From assembly GCA_035629175.1 (NCBI GenBank), contig DASPIL010000073.1, forward strand, positions 3,575 to 67,574: a DNA stretch of 64,000 nucleotides, read 5' to 3'. The stretch's first letter is position 1. Each line of letters opens with the position of its first letter. Below the pieces are notes generated by a model. That model was not told the origin of the DNA, did no database searches, and saw only the letters and a program-made list of their open reading frames with translations. The DNA is from Verrucomicrobiia bacterium (GTDB lineage Bacteria > Verrucomicrobiota > Verrucomicrobiia > Limisphaerales > DASXHY01). A program made the translations under genes and the position numbers. Shown here in pieces: positions 62,449 through 64,000 of this stretch.

Positions 62449-63783
62449 ATGAAAAGCAACGGAAAGCTGTCGAAAAAGGGTATGTTCGTCACGAGCGATG
62501 GCAGAAACGTATTTCTTACGTTCGTATTGATTAGCTCACTCTTTCTTCTTTGGGGCTTTTGTAATGGCATGATCGATGTCATGGACAAGCACTTTCAGGA
62601 GGAGCTTGGCCTGACGCTATCACAGTCGGCATGGGTCCAGTTTGCTCATTATCTCGGCTATTTCTTAATGGCTGTCCCTGCTGGGTGGCTGGCAACCAGG
62701 CTGGGTTACAAGGGCGGCATAATTGTTGGCCTGCTGATGGTTGCAGCAGGAGGCTTTTGGTTTATCCCGGCTTCGAAGATCGCTGAATTCTGGGCGTTTC
62801 TTTTTGGCGTTTGTTTGATAGCCGCCGGATTGACGTTCTTGGAAACGATCGCAAATCCGTATACGACCGTGCTTGGAGATAAAAAATTCGCCGCCACGCG
62901 TATTAATCTAGCGCAATCCTGCAACGGAATAGGTTGGATTTTCGGACCGATCGCCGGGGGGATGTTCTTCTATGGCAAAGATGCCGCCGGCAAGAGCACC
63001 GGGAGCGAAACCCTGTGGATTCCGTACGCCGGAGTGGGTGTGGTAGTCCTCATTCTGGCCCTCGTCTTCTATTTTGCCAGCGTACCCGACATCAGGGCGG
63101 AAGACGAATACCATCTGGACGATGCTTCTCCTGGCATTTCGCGTTCGATATGGTTACATCCGCATTTCGTTATGGCCGTCTTCGCCCAGTTTTTCTACGT
63201 GGCTGCACAGTCCGGTATTTTCAGTTTCTTTATCAATTACATGACTTCGCAGACGCCAGACATTCCGCCTGCGTGGAACGCAGGCAGAATTTCCGGTTGG
63301 TTCGAGAAAAATGAGGTTGGCGCTCTCAGCCTGAGCGACAGGGGTGCAGCCAATCTCGCGTCATTCGGGTTCGTTTGCTTTCTCGTGGGACGCTTTTCTG
63401 GCGCCATATTGCTCAAGAGGTTTCCGGCTCACAGAATTTTAAGTCTCTATGGAATACTGAATGTCCTGGCGTGCTTGTTGGTGTTTAGCAAGCTTGGCTG
63501 GCTATCCGTTGCAAGTGTGTTTATCAGCTACTTTTTCATGTCGATTATGTTCCCGACGATCTTCGCTCTAGGAATTCATGGTTTGGGTTCCCGCGCAAAA
63601 CGGGCATCGTCATATATCGTTATGGCAATCATGGGGGGAGCGCTGTTGCCAAAGCTGATGGGACATATTGCGGATCGTTCCGATATGTCACGTGGGTTCA
63701 TTGTTCCGCTCGTGTGCTTTATGATTGTAGCGGCCTATGGGCTCCTGTGGCCCCAATTGAGCAGGACCAAGACCGCTAAATGA
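62449..63783 (+). CDS. fucP: L-fucose:H+ symporter-type MFS permease
   Basis: LFLLWGFCNGMIDVMDKHFQEELGL..., 12 TM helices and the FucP/glucose-galactose transporter pattern. Confidence 0.8.
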   Translation: MKSNGKLSKKGMFVTSDGRNVFLTFVLISSLFLLWGFCNGMIDVMDKHFQEELGLTLSQSAWVQFAHYLGYFLMAVPAGWLATRLGYKGGIIVGLLMVAAGGFWFIPASKIAEFWAFLFGVCLIAAGLTFLETIANPYTTVLGDKKFAATRINLAQSCNGIGWIFGPIAGGMFFYGKDAAGKSTGSETLWIPYAGVGVVVLILALVFYFASVPDIRAEDEYHLDDASPGISRSIWLHPHFVMAVFAQFFYVAAQSGIFSFFINYMTSQTPDIPPAWNAGRISGWFEKNEVGALSLSDRGAANLASFGFVCFLVGRFSGAILLKRFPAHRILSLYGILNVLACLLVFSKLGWLSVASVFISYFFMSIMFPTIFALGIHGLGSRAKRASSYIVMAIMGGALLPKLMGHIADRSDMSRGFIVPLVCFMIVAAYGLLWPQLSRTKTAK

Positions 63784-64000
63784 GAACAAAGGATGCGCGA
63801 TGTGGCCGCGCAGGCAGTCCAACGTTTTCGGCGGCCATGCTAAGCCGCTCACCGGACACGCGCCTCTGCACTAACCGTTGCCGTTGCACAAAAGCCAATC
63901 TTCAATGAACTGACACCAGCTGTCAGATATGCAAACGTCGCGACTCTTTCAGCATAGGCTCCCAAAACATTATTTAACATACATAGGAGACCAATTGTGG

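Noticed and set aside
63610-63619. TCATATATCG (reverse complement CGATATATGA, a 9 of 10 match to the box) inside fucP.
   Set aside because: It lies in the middle of a coding region, on the opposite strand, and has a mismatch in the core. It is most likely chance.

Overview
Method and limits: everything was read by eye from the sequence and the ORF track. No homology search, folding or motif software was run, so family names are pattern recognition and repeat identities are manual counts.

Organism: probably a PVC-superphylum genome, most likely Verrucomicrobiota. The evidence is H-X9-DG pseudopilin-like proteins and autotransporter-associated beta-strand (PATR) repeat proteins.

Layout:
- 1-9.2 kb, accessory-looking left end. 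It holds a tightly packed minus-strand triad of TerB-C-like ORF, DUF2791/BrxD-type P-loop ATPase and Lhr-like DEAD/DEAH helicase. The helicase runs off the left edge and is missing from the ORF track. This is the architecture of the Shango anti-phage system, but the TerB gene is cut down to 76 codons. Directly upstream are two tandem 103-nt elements with perfect 18-20 bp terminal inverted repeats. A copper module follows: a CopA-type P1B ATPase whose stop overlaps the start of a CorE-like ECF sigma factor with a Cys-rich tail.
- 9.3-63.8 kb, a very dense carbohydrate-utilisation region. It contains a pseudopilin/PATR pair; a glycerate-pathway set (hyi, garR, MFS transporter, HpcH aldolase, glycerate kinase); a BNR sialidase-like protein; two paralogous unassigned beta-propeller GH-like proteins; a ribose/fructose-type ABC transporter with a PfkB kinase; three GH29 fucosidases; three GH32 enzymes; FucU, FucP, a fuconolactonase-like amidohydrolase, AKR/SDR/MDR dehydrogenases; two secreted ThuA-like proteins; a GntR regulator; and a 1822-aa beta-helix/PATR surface protein.

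Main hunting results:
1. A 10-nt box YGATATATCA occurs six times, only in intergenic DNA, and sits at essentially every transcription-unit boundary between 9.3 and 54 kb.
2. A 738-bp inverted duplication of an aldolase gene (about 93 percent identical) brackets a 20.7-kb gene block.
3. The Shango-like triad appears decayed and lies next to the palindromic repeat pair.

No rRNA, tRNA, CRISPR array, transposase or integrase was seen.
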